From: Cyanobacteriota bacterium
GTDB taxonomy: Bacteria > Cyanobacteriota > Cyanobacteriia > PCC-6307 > Cyanobiaceae
Length of the DNA stretch: 64,000 bases
NCBI GenBank assembly: GCA_046052125.1
Contig: JBJOMY010000002.1
Coordinates: forward strand, 224,001 to 288,000
Direction: 5' to 3'
In this document: positions 1 to 10,552 of the stretch, in pieces
Position numbering within the stretch: the stretch's first letter is position 1
How the letters are laid out: every line of letters starts with the position of its first letter
Notes under the pieces: model-generated
The model's input: the letters and a program-made list of their open reading frames with translations, nothing else
Database searches by the model: none
What the model was told of the DNA's origin: nothing
Position numbers and translations under genes: made by a program

Positions 1-1
1 G

Positions 2-568
2 GAGCAGTCCGGTCGCGGTGAGCGGGCCTTCGATATCTATTCGCGCCTGCTGCGCGAGCGGATCATCTTCCTGGGTACCGGCATCGACGACCAGGTGGCC
101 GACGCCCTGGTGGCGCAGCTGCTGTTCCTCGAAGCCGAGGACCCCGAGAAGGACATTCAGATCTACATCAACTCGCCGGGCGGTTCGGTGACGGCCGGCC
201 TGGCGATCTACGACACCATGCAGCAGGTGGCACCGGATGTGGTGACCATCTGCTACGGCCTGGCAGCCTCCATGGGCGCCTTTCTGCTCTCCGGCGGTGC
301 CAAGGGCAAGCGGCTGGCCCTGCCGAACGCGCGGATCATGATCCACCAGCCCCTCGGCGGCGCCCAGGGCCAGGCCGTTGACATTGAGATCCAGGCCAAG
401 GAGATCCTTTATCTCAAGGACACCCTCAACGGGCTGATGGCCGAGCACACGGGCCAGCCCCTCGAGAAGATCGCCGAAGACACCGACCGCGACTACTTCC
501 TTTCCCCGGCGGAAGCGGTTCAATACGGCTTGATCGACCGCGTTGTCACCGACGACGCCCCGGTTTGA
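2..568 (+). CDS. clpP: ATP-dependent Clp protease proteolytic subunit (5'-truncated by the window edge)
   Basis: Frame is open from position 2 ([25 protein letters not shown]). It contains YINSPGG, GLAASMG (catalytic Ser) and MIHQP motifs, and lies directly upstream of clpX. Confidence 0.97.
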   Translation, partial: EQSGRGERAFDIYSRLLRERIIFLGTGIDDQVADALVAQLLFLEAEDPEKDIQIYINSPGGSVTAGLAIYDTMQQVAPDVVTICYGLAASMGAFLLSGGAKGKRLALPNARIMIHQPLGGAQGQAVDIEIQAKEILYLKDTLNGLMAEHTGQPLEKIAEDTDRDYFLSPAEAVQYGLIDRVVTDDAPV

Positions 569-671
569 TCCTTAAGGACGGCAGACGAAACGCCGGATCC
601 CGTTGATCCTGGTTTCGGGCCCTTAGCCCGCCTCCGCCAGGACGCTCCCGCAGCACCGCCGCTTCCGCTCG

Positions 672-2024
<1,353 letters not shown>

Positions 2025-2052
2025 GCGGATCCCTCGGCTCGAGCCGCCCCCT

Positions 2053-2724
2053 ATGGCCGCCGCTGATCACCTGCAGGTGCCGCGCCAGCACGGCCTGTTC
2101 AACCACCACGGCATCGACCTAGGCGACGGCACGGTGGCCCACTACCTCGAAGGGCGCGCGATCCTGCGCAGTCCGCTGGAGGAGTTCAGCCGGGGCCAGC
2201 CCCTCAGCGTGGTGGCCTACAACCCAGACGACTGCTCAGCGCCGCGGGTGACCCTGCGGCGGGCGATGAGCCGGCTGGGGGAGCAGAACTACAACCTGCT
2301 GTTCAACAACTGCGAGCACTTCGCCCACTGGTGCAAAACCGGGCGGCACCGCAGTGAGCAGGTGGAGAACTGGCTCCACACCGGCAGCCTCGGGGCCCTG
2401 GCCATGGGCCAGTTCGTGCCAGCTGCCGTGCTCACCGGCGCCCGTGTGCTGCTGCGCCAGGGTCTGCGGCTCAACGATGCGCAGCTGGAGAAGGGCAAGG
2501 CTCTCGCCCGGCGCAGCATCGAACAGCTCGATGGCCTGCGGCTGAAACTGCAGAACCGGCTTGAGCAGGAGCTGGCGCGAGCGGAACAGCGCTGGAGCCA
2601 GGGGGAGCAGCAAAGCCAGGGCTTCGAAACGCTGCGGCTGGCCGCGCAGAAGCTGGCGGATCAGCTCAGCGAGGTGGAAGAGCTTGAAGCCAAGCTGGAG
2701 CGCATGCTCGAGAGCGGCCAGTAG
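2053..2724 (+). CDS. LRAT-like (permuted NlpC/P60) acyltransferase/hydrolase with C-terminal coiled coil
   Basis: H-box HHGIDLGDGTVAHY and YNLLFNNCEHFA. ATG 2053 chosen because it follows the clpX stop. Confidence 0.85.
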   Translation: MAAADHLQVPRQHGLFNHHGIDLGDGTVAHYLEGRAILRSPLEEFSRGQPLSVVAYNPDDCSAPRVTLRRAMSRLGEQNYNLLFNNCEHFAHWCKTGRHRSEQVENWLHTGSLGALAMGQFVPAAVLTGARVLLRQGLRLNDAQLEKGKALARRSIEQLDGLRLKLQNRLEQELARAEQRWSQGEQQSQGFETLRLAAQKLADQLSEVEELEAKLERMLESGQ

Positions 2725-2733
2725 CCTCCAGCC

Positions 2734-4602
2734 ATGCCGGCCGCCTACCAGCCCCTCCACCACAAGTACCGCCCCCAGCGCTTCGACCAGCTGGTGGGGC
2801 AGGAAGCGATTGCGGCCACCCTCGGCAATGCGCTGCGCTCCGGGCGGATCGCACCGGCCTACCTGTTCAGCGGCCCGCGCGGCACCGGCAAAACCTCCAG
2901 CGCCCGCATCCTGGCGCGCTCCCTCAACTGCATCGGCTCCGAAGGCCCCACACCGGAGCCCTGCGGCACCTGTGAGCTGTGCACCTCGATCGCCAACGGC
3001 AACGCCCTCGATGTGATCGAGATCGACGCCGCCTCCAACACCGGCGTGGACAACATCCGCGAGCTGATCGAGCGCTCCCGCTTTGCGCCCGTTCAGGCCC
3101 GCTGGAAGGTGTATGTGGTGGACGAGTGCCACATGCTCTCCACTGCGGCGTTCAACGCCCTGCTCAAAACCCTGGAGGAGCCACCGCCGCGGGTGGTGTT
3201 TGTGCTGGCCACCACCGACCCCCAGCGGGTGCTGCCCACGATCCTCAGCCGTTGCCAGCGCTTCGACTTCCGGCGCATCCCGCTGGAGGCCCTGGAGCAG
3301 CACCTGGCCTGGATCGCCGAGCAGGAGCAGATCGGGATCAGCCCCGAAGCCCTGCATGTGGTGGCCCAGCGGGCCCAGGGCGGCTTGCGCGATGCGGAGA
3401 GCCTGCTGGATCAACTGAGCCTGCTGCCGCCGCCGGTGGAGCCCCAGGCGGTGTGGGAGCTGCTGGGCGCGGTGCCGGAGCAGGAGCTGCTGCACCTGGC
3501 CGAATCCCTGGCCGCCGGTGAACCGCTCGGGCTGATCGAGGCGATCCGCACCCTGCTGGAGCGCGGGCGCGAACCATCCGCTGTGCTGCAGGGCCTGGCC
3601 GGTCTGCTCCGGGATTTGGTGCTGGCTGGTGTGGCGTCCGATCGCCTCGAGCTCACGAGCTTTTCGCCTCAGTTCCGCACCGCATTGCCAGAGCTGGCCA
3701 GGCGCATCGGCAAGGCGCCGCTGCTGCGCTGGCAGGCCCAGCTGAAAGGCAGCGAGCAGCAATTGCGACAAAGCGTGCAGCCGCGGCTGTGGCTGGAAGT
3801 GCTGTTGCTCGGCCTACTGGCGGAGCCTCAGGCCCGCTCCGCAGCGCCGGCAGCAATGGCCACATCGGCAACCGTGGCCGCACCAGTGGCCGCTGCCGCT
3901 CCCCTCACCCCTGCCACACCGTCATCCGCGCCCCCCGCTGCCGTGGCACCAGCACCGGCCGCAGCGGCCCCTGCTCCAGCGACACCCAAGCCAGAACCCA
4001 TCCGCGAGCCCGCGCCTGAACCTGCTGTTGCAGCCACCCCCGCTGGCCCCGACCTAACGGAGCTCTGGCAGCAGATCCTGGCGGGCCTGGAGCTGCCCTC
4101 CACCCGCATGCTGCTCTCCCAGCAGGCCGTTTTGGCACGCCTGGATCAGCAGCGAGCGGTGATTCAGGTGACGGGCAACTGGATGGCCATGGTGCAGAGC
4201 CGCTTGCCCTTGCTGGAGAAGGCCGTCACAGCAGCGCTGGGCAGCCCTCGCCAGGTGATGCTCGAGGCGGGCGGTGCTCCGCCGCCCGTGGCCGCAGCGC
4301 CGGAACGCCCGGCTCCGCTCCCTGCCGTTGCAGCGCCGGTGGCCCCCGCCACACCAACCGCCCCCACACCAGCAGCCGCGGCGCCGGAAGCGGAAGTCGC
4401 CAACTCTCAGACCAGTGCGCCAGCCGTGGCCACACCGGCAACCGTGGCCGCTCCCAAGCCAGCCGTGCAGCCCCCCGCGCAGCCAGCCCTGATCGACGAT
4501 CAAGCCAAGCGACTAGCCGACTTTTTCAACGGCGAGGTGGTGCAGCTCGATGGCCCCCTGCCTGAACTGGATCTTGAGGCGAGCAGCGATCAGGCCGCCT
4601 GA
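2734..4602 (+). CDS. dnaX: DNA polymerase III subunit gamma/tau
   Basis: KYRPQRF, GPRGTGKTS, the PCGTCELC zinc site, EIDAASN and DECHMLS, followed by Pro/Ala-rich linkers and the C-terminal AKRLADFFNGEV motif. Confidence 0.98.
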   Translation: MPAAYQPLHHKYRPQRFDQLVGQEAIAATLGNALRSGRIAPAYLFSGPRGTGKTSSARILARSLNCIGSEGPTPEPCGTCELCTSIANGNALDVIEIDAASNTGVDNIRELIERSRFAPVQARWKVYVVDECHMLSTAAFNALLKTLEEPPPRVVFVLATTDPQRVLPTILSRCQRFDFRRIPLEALEQHLAWIAEQEQIGISPEALHVVAQRAQGGLRDAESLLDQLSLLPPPVEPQAVWELLGAVPEQELLHLAESLAAGEPLGLIEAIRTLLERGREPSAVLQGLAGLLRDLVLAGVASDRLELTSFSPQFRTALPELARRIGKAPLLRWQAQLKGSEQQLRQSVQPRLWLEVLLLGLLAEPQARSAAPAAMATSATVAAPVAAAAPLTPATPSSAPPAAVAPAPAAAAPAPATPKPEPIREPAPEPAVAATPAGPDLTELWQQILAGLELPSTRMLLSQQAVLARLDQQRAVIQVTGNWMAMVQSRLPLLEKAVTAALGSPRQVMLEAGGAPPPVAAAPERPAPLPAVAAPVAPATPTAPTPAAAAPEAEVANSQTSAPAVATPATVAAPKPAVQPPAQPALIDDQAKRLADFFNGEVVQLDGPLPELDLEASSDQAA

Positions 4603-4635
4603 GCCCGATCCCGCCTGAGTGGACAGCACCTGGGC

Positions 4636-5985
4636 TCAGAGCACCTGGGTGGTGAGATCCGATTCATCCGCCGGCAGGTCATCACCCTCACCCACGTGCA
4701 AGGTCTTGGCCCACACCAGGCGCTTGGGCAACAAAGCCATCCGCAGGGTGGTGTAGGGAATCACCACGAACCAATGGCCCAGATAGGCGATCCCCAGAGC
4801 CAAGTTGAGCGGGTGCATGGCCGGCAGCGCCGGCCCTTCGCTGGAGCGGCGACAGCCCACCAGGATGGCGCCGCCAGACAGCCCGAAGGCCACAAACGAC
4901 AGCGGCCACATCAGCGGTGAGCTGCGGCTGAGCAGGCTGGTGAGTAGATCAGCCGCGGCCATCACCGGCAGCACGTACTGCAGCAGGAAAAAGCCGGTGA
5001 GATCGAGCTTGTGAGCTCCGCTGGTGGCTCTGCCGGTGAGCTCAGGCCAGTAGTCGAAAAAGCGCTGCAGGCCTCCTTCGGCCCAGCGCTGGCGCTGGCG
5101 CCACAGGCCAGCCAGGCTCGTGACCGCCTCCTCCTGAATCGGGGGATCCCAGAGCAAAGCAACCGGCTGGCCTTGCACCAAGAGGCGGAAACTGAGGTCA
5201 AGATCGTCGGTGACCGTGGCTTCGTTGAAGCCATCGCAGGCCAGAACAGCCTGGCGTTGCAGCAGCTGACCATTGCCGCGCAGCTCCACCACGCCGCCAC
5301 TGCGCAAGCGCCCCTGCTGAATCACCGCATCGAGGGCCATTTCCATGGCCTGAGCGCGGGTGAGCCAGTTGTGATCGGCATTCACCACGGCCTTGCGCAG
5401 CTGCACCGCCGACCAGCCGCCCTGCTCGGCGAAGGCCACAAGCCGCTGCAGGCCATCCGGCTGGAACTGGGCATCGGCATCGAGCACCAGTAGCCAACGC
5501 CCCTGCAGTTGGGGCAACAACGCATTTAAGGCACCCGACTTCCCACCACCGGCATCGCGGCTGCGGCGCAGCACCTGCAGCTGCGGGTAACGGCGCTGAT
5601 AGCTCTCGAGCACCTGCGGGGTGCGATCTTCACTGCCGTCATCGATCACCCAGAGCCGCAGCTGATCCGCCGGATAGGTGAGCTCCGCCAGCCGCTCCAC
5701 CAAGCGCCCGATCACCGCCTGTTCATCCCGGGCGGCCACCACCAGATCCACGGCGGGCCAATCGCTCAGCGCATCGCTCCCGGCAGGTGTGGCGCCGCTC
5801 CGCAACAACGGCCAGAAAACAACCCGCAGCGCGTAAGCGCCGAGCAGGACCGTGAGCGCCAGCGCCGGCCACAGACTCCGGTCTGCTGGCAACCCATGGG
5901 GAGCTGCTCCAGCTGCACAACAGCAGATCAGGAACAGTGAGGCCTGCAATCGGCGGGCTCCTGTGGCTGTGCCCCCAGAGGCCAT
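4636..5985 (-). CDS. mgdA: GT2 glycosyltransferase, likely monoglucosyldiacylglycerol synthase (Sll1377/MgdA type)
   Basis: DDGSED, GGKSGALN, LDADA, ELRGNGQ, TDDLDL and QRQRWAEGG processive GT2 motifs, plus several TM segments. Confidence 0.75.
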   Translation of the reverse strand: MASGGTATGARRLQASLFLICCCAAGAAPHGLPADRSLWPALALTVLLGAYALRVVFWPLLRSGATPAGSDALSDWPAVDLVVAARDEQAVIGRLVERLAELTYPADQLRLWVIDDGSEDRTPQVLESYQRRYPQLQVLRRSRDAGGGKSGALNALLPQLQGRWLLVLDADAQFQPDGLQRLVAFAEQGGWSAVQLRKAVVNADHNWLTRAQAMEMALDAVIQQGRLRSGGVVELRGNGQLLQRQAVLACDGFNEATVTDDLDLSFRLLVQGQPVALLWDPPIQEEAVTSLAGLWRQRQRWAEGGLQRFFDYWPELTGRATSGAHKLDLTGFFLLQYVLPVMAAADLLTSLLSRSSPLMWPLSFVAFGLSGGAILVGCRRSSEGPALPAMHPLNLALGIAYLGHWFVVIPYTTLRMALLPKRLVWAKTLHVGEGDDLPADESDLTTQVL

Positions 5986-6034
5986 GGCGTGTTCCAGGTG
6001 AAGGAACTCTAAAGGGCTCCGCTGTGGGCCTTTC

Positions 6035-7531
6035 TCAAGGGGCCGGCGTCAGCGATTGGATCGGCACCAGGCGGGCACCGGGGTAGTAGCGACCGAGAAT
6101 CTGATCCAGTCCCCAGCCACGGCCCGCCAGCTCGATCGCCCCCGCCTGCGAGAGCCCGGCCCCATGGCCGAAACCACCACCCACCACGCTCCAGTGGCCT
6201 GGGCCGGCGGGGTTCAGAAGAAAGAGCGTGCTGGGCAGCTGGCGGTAGGTGCGGCGGATGGCATCGCGCTCGAGCACCACACGGCCCCGGGGGCCCTCGA
6301 TCGCCAGGCGGACCACCCGGCCACTGGGGCCCCGCTCCAGCACCACGGGTTTGAGCGGTGCCCCCAGGCTGGCGGCACGCGCTCCGAGGCCCTCGCGAAG
6401 CTGGGCCTGATCAAGCTCACGGCGCCAACGGAAGCGGGGATGGGACGCACCCACCACCCCGGAACGACGAGCCAACAAGGGCGCCAGTTCCGAGGTGTCG
6501 AGCGGCAAGGACAACCCCTGAGGGGTTGCGCTAAGCAGATCCAACGCCGGCTCGAGATAGCCGAGCTCCGGCAGGGGCCAGGCTTCATCCTCATCAGCAC
6601 TCACGCCTCCATTACTGGCGTGATACACCGCATGGATCGGTTGGCCATCGGCGGCCAGCACCCGGCCGGCCGTGCTGCTCACCGCCTGGCGCACAGCAGC
6701 GCTCGCCTCGCGGGGATCGCTGTACACCTGGCACTGGGTGTCGGAGCAGAGGTGGTAGCCATCCACCGCGAAGCGATGCTGATTGCGCAGCGCCCAGGTG
6801 CGGGCGAGCACCGCCTGGACCGCCAACGCGGCTGGCGGTGAGCCGGCACCGATCTCATGGGGCACGACCCCTTGGAGATAGCGCTCAAGCGGCACCTGCT
6901 CCACCAGGGTCCAGCTGCCGTAGGCATCCCCCTGCAGCCGGAACGGCCCCGCGAACACACCACCCCTGAAACGCAAGCCACCGGGTGCCTGGATCTGAAG
7001 GGGACCCTCCAGGGATCGCCAGCCGCTGGACGTTTTGAGCTGGGGCACCCGGGTGTCGTTCAGCCGCTGCTCCAGTTGCCGGGCGGTCGAACCAGCCGGG
7101 GCGGGCACGCCGGCAGGCGCCCAGACCTCCCAATCGCGGGGGTGGGCCACCTCCGCCTTCACGCCCTCACGGCGCCAGGCCAGGGCCGCCTGCTCCGCCG
7201 CTTCAAAACTGGCGAAGGGGCCGAGCAACTGGCGCTGGATCTGCACCGGGCTGGGCAGGGGCTGCGTCGCCCAGCGCAGCTGCAGGCGCTGGGCACTGAA
7301 GCGTGCACCCCGGGCATCCACCAGCTGGAGCGGAGCCGATGCTCCCTCCAACAGCAGCGGTTCTGCCCCCAGGTGGGCCGCCAGCGACACCCACAACACC
7401 GGCTGACGGCCCGCCACTGCCGGAGGCGTCGGCACGGGCAAGCGGGTCAGCGATTCCGCCCCGACGCCTTGGCAGCCGGCCGTGAACACCGCCATCGAGA
7501 CCAGGGCGGACAGCACTCGGGCAGCAGCCAT
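6035..7531 (-). CDS. SpoIID/LytB-domain lipoprotein (lytic transglycosylase-like)
   Basis: Lipobox-like TAGC, ERYLQGVVPHEI, AVLARTWA, CSDTQCQVY and GGGFGHGAGLSQAGA. Confidence 0.9.
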   Translation of the reverse strand: MAAARVLSALVSMAVFTAGCQGVGAESLTRLPVPTPPAVAGRQPVLWVSLAAHLGAEPLLLEGASAPLQLVDARGARFSAQRLQLRWATQPLPSPVQIQRQLLGPFASFEAAEQAALAWRREGVKAEVAHPRDWEVWAPAGVPAPAGSTARQLEQRLNDTRVPQLKTSSGWRSLEGPLQIQAPGGLRFRGGVFAGPFRLQGDAYGSWTLVEQVPLERYLQGVVPHEIGAGSPPAALAVQAVLARTWALRNQHRFAVDGYHLCSDTQCQVYSDPREASAAVRQAVSSTAGRVLAADGQPIHAVYHASNGGVSADEDEAWPLPELGYLEPALDLLSATPQGLSLPLDTSELAPLLARRSGVVGASHPRFRWRRELDQAQLREGLGARAASLGAPLKPVVLERGPSGRVVRLAIEGPRGRVVLERDAIRRTYRQLPSTLFLLNPAGPGHWSVVGGGFGHGAGLSQAGAIELAGRGWGLDQILGRYYPGARLVPIQSLTPAP

Positions 7532-7624
7532 CGCATCAACTGAGGCGCAGGCTTGACCCTAGGGGGAGTTGGCGGAAGGGACTCCCAGGTCGTACCCTCA
7601 TTGTTTGTGCCCGAGCCCGTAGAC

Positions 7625-7822
7625 ATGCCGAAGCTCAAGACCCGCAAAGCAGCCGCCAAGCGGTTCAAAGCCACCGGCAGCGGAAAGTTCATGCGCCGCC
7701 ACGCTTTCCGCAATCACCTGCTCGACCACAAGAGCCCGAAGCGCAAGCGTTTCCTCGGCACCATGGCCGTGGTTGACGAGCGCGACGCGGACAACGTGCG
7801 CGCCATGCTCCCCTACAGCTGA
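7625..7822 (+). CDS. rpmI: 50S ribosomal protein L35
   Basis: [15 protein letters not shown]...NHLL, 65 aa, directly before rplT. Confidence 0.98.
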   Translation: MPKLKTRKAAAKRFKATGSGKFMRRHAFRNHLLDHKSPKRKRFLGTMAVVDERDADNVRAMLPYS

Positions 7823-7867
7823 ATCGCCCGGCTGACCCGCTGTTTCACCGTTTTCTGAGAACCATCG

Positions 7868-8215
7868 ATGGCACGCGTTAAGAGGGGCAACGTTGCCCGT
7901 AAGCGCCGCAACAAAATTCTTCGCCTAGCCCGCGGCTTCCGCGGCGGTAACGGCTCGCTGTTCCGCACCGCCAACCAGCGGGTGATGAAGGCCCTCTGCA
8001 ACGCGTACCGCGATCGTCGCCGCCGCAAGCGCGACTTCCGTCGTCTGTGGATTGCCCGCATCAACGCTGCAGCTCGCCTGAACGGCCTGAGCTACAGCCG
8101 TCTGATCGGCGGCCTCAAGAAGGCTGATGTGCAGCTGAACCGCAAGATGCTTGCCCAGCTCGCCGTGGTGGATCCCAGCAGCTTCACCGCTGTGGTGAGC
8201 ACCGCCAAGAGCTGA
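7868..8215 (+). CDS. rplT: 50S ribosomal protein L20
   Basis: MARVKRG...[25 protein letters not shown]...NRKMLA. Confidence 0.99.
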   Translation: MARVKRGNVARKRRNKILRLARGFRGGNGSLFRTANQRVMKALCNAYRDRRRRKRDFRRLWIARINAAARLNGLSYSRLIGGLKKADVQLNRKMLAQLAVVDPSSFTAVVSTAKS

Positions 8216-8254
8216 TCGTTACTCTCTGACTGCGTTGCCTGGTCGGGTTGGTTG

Positions 8255-8785
8255 ATGGATTTTTCACTTCCTCAGGCCTACCTGATCGGGCTGTTGGTGA
8301 TCCTTGGCGCAGCTGCTGTTGTGGTGGCGCGCCAGATCCTGCGGGTGCGGCGTGATGAGATCGCCCTGATCCGGCTGGAAACCTCCAGCAAGTCGGGCGA
8401 ACAAACAGCAGCCGACCTCTATGAGCTGGCTTCCGTGCAGCTGCGCAAGCGCCTGTACAACCAAGCCGCCGACAATCTCAAGCAAGCCAGCAAGTGTTCC
8501 GCTGGCGAGCCCCCTGAAGCCCAGGCGTTGATTGAAAACGCGCTGGGTTTTGCTTTGGCCGCGCAGAACAACTACAGCGCCGCCATCAAGCACTACCGCA
8601 CAGCCCTGCGCGCCAAGGCCGACTATCCGGTGGCGCTGAACAACTTGGCCTTTGCCCTCGAGAAGCAGCAAAAGCCCGAGGAAGCCAAGGAGACCTACCT
8701 CAAAGTGCTCGAGCTGGACAGCGGCAACAGCACCGCCAAAAAACGCCTCAAACGGTTAGAGCGTTTGGAGAGCACAGCAGCCTGA
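8255..8785 (+). CDS. ycf37: Membrane-anchored TPR protein, Ycf37/Pyg7-like photosystem I assembly factor
   Basis: N-terminal TM helix, YELASVQLRKRLY and TPRs (NALGFALAAQ, YPVALNNLAFA). Position after rplT matches the conserved cyanobacterial arrangement. Confidence 0.75.
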   Translation: MDFSLPQAYLIGLLVILGAAAVVVARQILRVRRDEIALIRLETSSKSGEQTAADLYELASVQLRKRLYNQAADNLKQASKCSAGEPPEAQALIENALGFALAAQNNYSAAIKHYRTALRAKADYPVALNNLAFALEKQQKPEEAKETYLKVLELDSGNSTAKKRLKRLERLESTAA

Positions 8786-8812
8786 ACACCAGGCTGCTGT
8801 GCATCAATTCAC

Positions 8813-9340
8813 TCACCAGAGGCCGCGAACGGCAGGAGAAGTAGCAGTGCCGCTGCCCACGGGATTCAGCACCAACTGACCGCCCGCATTGGTGAGCCGC
8901 GGTGCCGACCAGCCAGCGAGGCTGAAGCCCTGCAGGCCAAGAAACAAGCCGCCATCCTCCAGGCCAGCTGCACTCGCATCACCGAGCAGCAGCAGATCGA
9001 GCTGGTCGGAGTTGGCGTTGAGATTGCCCTGCACCGGCAGGGTGGTGGAGCCCACGGTGATCTGACCGCGCAGATCCACCATCTGACCAAGCGCCGTGGC
9101 TGAAGCCAGATCCAATTGCACGCTCACCGGCGCAGCGTTGCTGAAGGCCTGATAGGTGCCGCTCCACTGGCGGGGCATCTGGGTGGCGAGCTGGGCAGCA
9201 CGCGCCACGGGATCAAAGGTGCGCACCGGCGCCTGCTGACCAAAGTTTTCAGAGAGCGGAGTGGCAACAGCCGCCGGTTCCTGGAAAGGCACGGCACTGC
9301 CCACGGGCAGGGGCGTCGCAGCCAGCAGCAGCGGAATCAC
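8813..9340 (-). CDS. Conserved hypothetical, probably exported protein
   Basis: 175-aa ORF filling the ycf37-thiG gap, with a hydrophobic N-terminus and C-terminal VRGLW. Confidence 0.7.
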   Translation of the reverse strand: MIPLLLAATPLPVGSAVPFQEPAAVATPLSENFGQQAPVRTFDPVARAAQLATQMPRQWSGTYQAFSNAAPVSVQLDLASATALGQMVDLRGQITVGSTTLPVQGNLNANSDQLDLLLLGDASAAGLEDGGLFLGLQGFSLAGWSAPRLTNAGGQLVLNPVGSGTATSPAVRGLW

Positions 9341-9413
9341 AGCAGGTCTTTAAAGATGCCCAAGGGTAAGAGGACCGGGGCGATCAGTCAGGACCGCGCG
9401 GTACGTTCGCTGC

Positions 9414-10247
9414 ATGGCCCAATCCGCTGCCGTGACCGCCGCCTCCTCTTCGCCCAACGACCCTTTGGTGATCGGCGGGCGCAGCTTCCGCAGCCGGCTG
9501 ATGACGGGCACCGGCAAATACCCGAGCCTTCAGGCCATGCAGGCCAGCCTGGCCAGCAGCGCCTGCGAGATCGTGACCGTGGCGGTGCGCCGGGTGCAGA
9601 GCCAGGCCGCCGGCCATGAAGGCCTGATGGAAGCGATCGACTGGCAGCGGATCTGGATGCTGCCCAACACGGCTGGTTGCGCCACAGCGGAAGAAGCGAT
9701 TCGGGTGGCGCGGCTTGGCCGCGAGCTCGCCAAGCTGGCCGGCCAAGAGGACAACACCTTCGTGAAGCTGGAGGTGATTCCCGACACCAAGCACCTGCTG
9801 CCTGATCCGATCGGCACCCTGGAAGCAGCTGAACAGCTGGTGAAAGAGGGCTTCACCGTGCTGCCTTACATCAATGCCGATCCGCTCCTGGCCAAACGCC
9901 TCGAGGAGGCCGGCTGCGCCACCGTGATGCCCCTGGGCTCACCGATCGGCTCAGGCCAGGGCATCCGCAATGCCGCCAATATCGCTCTGATCATCGAAAA
10001 CGCCGGCGTGCCGGTGGTGGTGGATGCGGGCTTGGGGGTTCCGAGCGAAGCGGCCCAGGCCATGGAGATGGGCGCCGATGCCCTGCTGATCAACAGCGCC
10101 ATCGCCCTGGCCGGCGATCCGGCGGCGATGGCGCGGGCGATGGCCATGGCCTGTGAAGCCGGTCGCACCGCCTTTCATGCCGGACGCTTACCGATCCGCG
10201 CCGAAGCCAGCCCCAGCTCCCCCACCGCCGGCCGCGTGGGCACGTGA
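9414..10247 (+). CDS. thiG: Thiazole synthase
   Basis: [36 protein letters not shown] and VDAGLG. Confidence 0.98.
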   Translation: MAQSAAVTAASSSPNDPLVIGGRSFRSRLMTGTGKYPSLQAMQASLASSACEIVTVAVRRVQSQAAGHEGLMEAIDWQRIWMLPNTAGCATAEEAIRVARLGRELAKLAGQEDNTFVKLEVIPDTKHLLPDPIGTLEAAEQLVKEGFTVLPYINADPLLAKRLEEAGCATVMPLGSPIGSGQGIRNAANIALIIENAGVPVVVDAGLGVPSEAAQAMEMGADALLINSAIALAGDPAAMARAMAMACEAGRTAFHAGRLPIRAEASPSSPTAGRVGT

Positions 10248-10316
10248 AGCTTCTGAACGGGACGATGGCAATTCCGGGAACCGTCCGTACTGTCGTCTGA
10301 ACGACGCGCCACTGCG

Positions 10317-10484
10317 ATGCAGGTCACCGAAGAGGACGGCGGCAGGCTGAACGCCTTCGCCAAGGAGCCCCGGATGGAAGTGATGGGGGTCGGTGAAAGC
10401 AGCGCCAGCAACAGCAAACTGCTCTTGATCGGCGGCGCCGTCCTGGTGCTGCTGATGGTGGGGGTTGCCGTAGGGATCAGCTGA
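10317..10484 (+). CDS. psb34: Psb34/Ssl1498-family small PSII assembly protein (55 aa, below the ORF-track cutoff)
   Basis: Manual translation gives MQVTEEDGGRLNAFAKEPRMEVMGVGESSASNSKLLLIGGAVLVLLMVGVAVGIS. It has the HLIP-like GRLNxFAxEP motif and one C-terminal TM helix. Confidence 0.85.
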   Translation: MQVTEEDGGRLNAFAKEPRMEVMGVGESSASNSKLLLIGGAVLVLLMVGVAVGIS

Positions 10485-10552
10485 ATCCCTGTAGTAGCTT
10501 GCGTTGACGGAGCGAAGGCTCGCTCAGTCGCTCGCCTAGCAGGAGTCCAGCG

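Noticed and set aside
569..671. Hairpins in the clpP-clpX spacer
   Set aside because: They are short GC-rich stems without a U tract or recognisable motif, consistent with background or simple mRNA stabilisers.
2734..4602. Programmed frameshift or intein in dnaX
   Set aside because: I saw no A-AAA-AAG or poly-A slippery site and no intein motifs. The extra length is explained by Pro/Ala linkers.
9341..9413. TPP riboswitch upstream of thiG (or thiL), and cobalamin riboswitch near cbiD or queG
   Set aside because: The spacers are short and lack the conserved aptamer cores.
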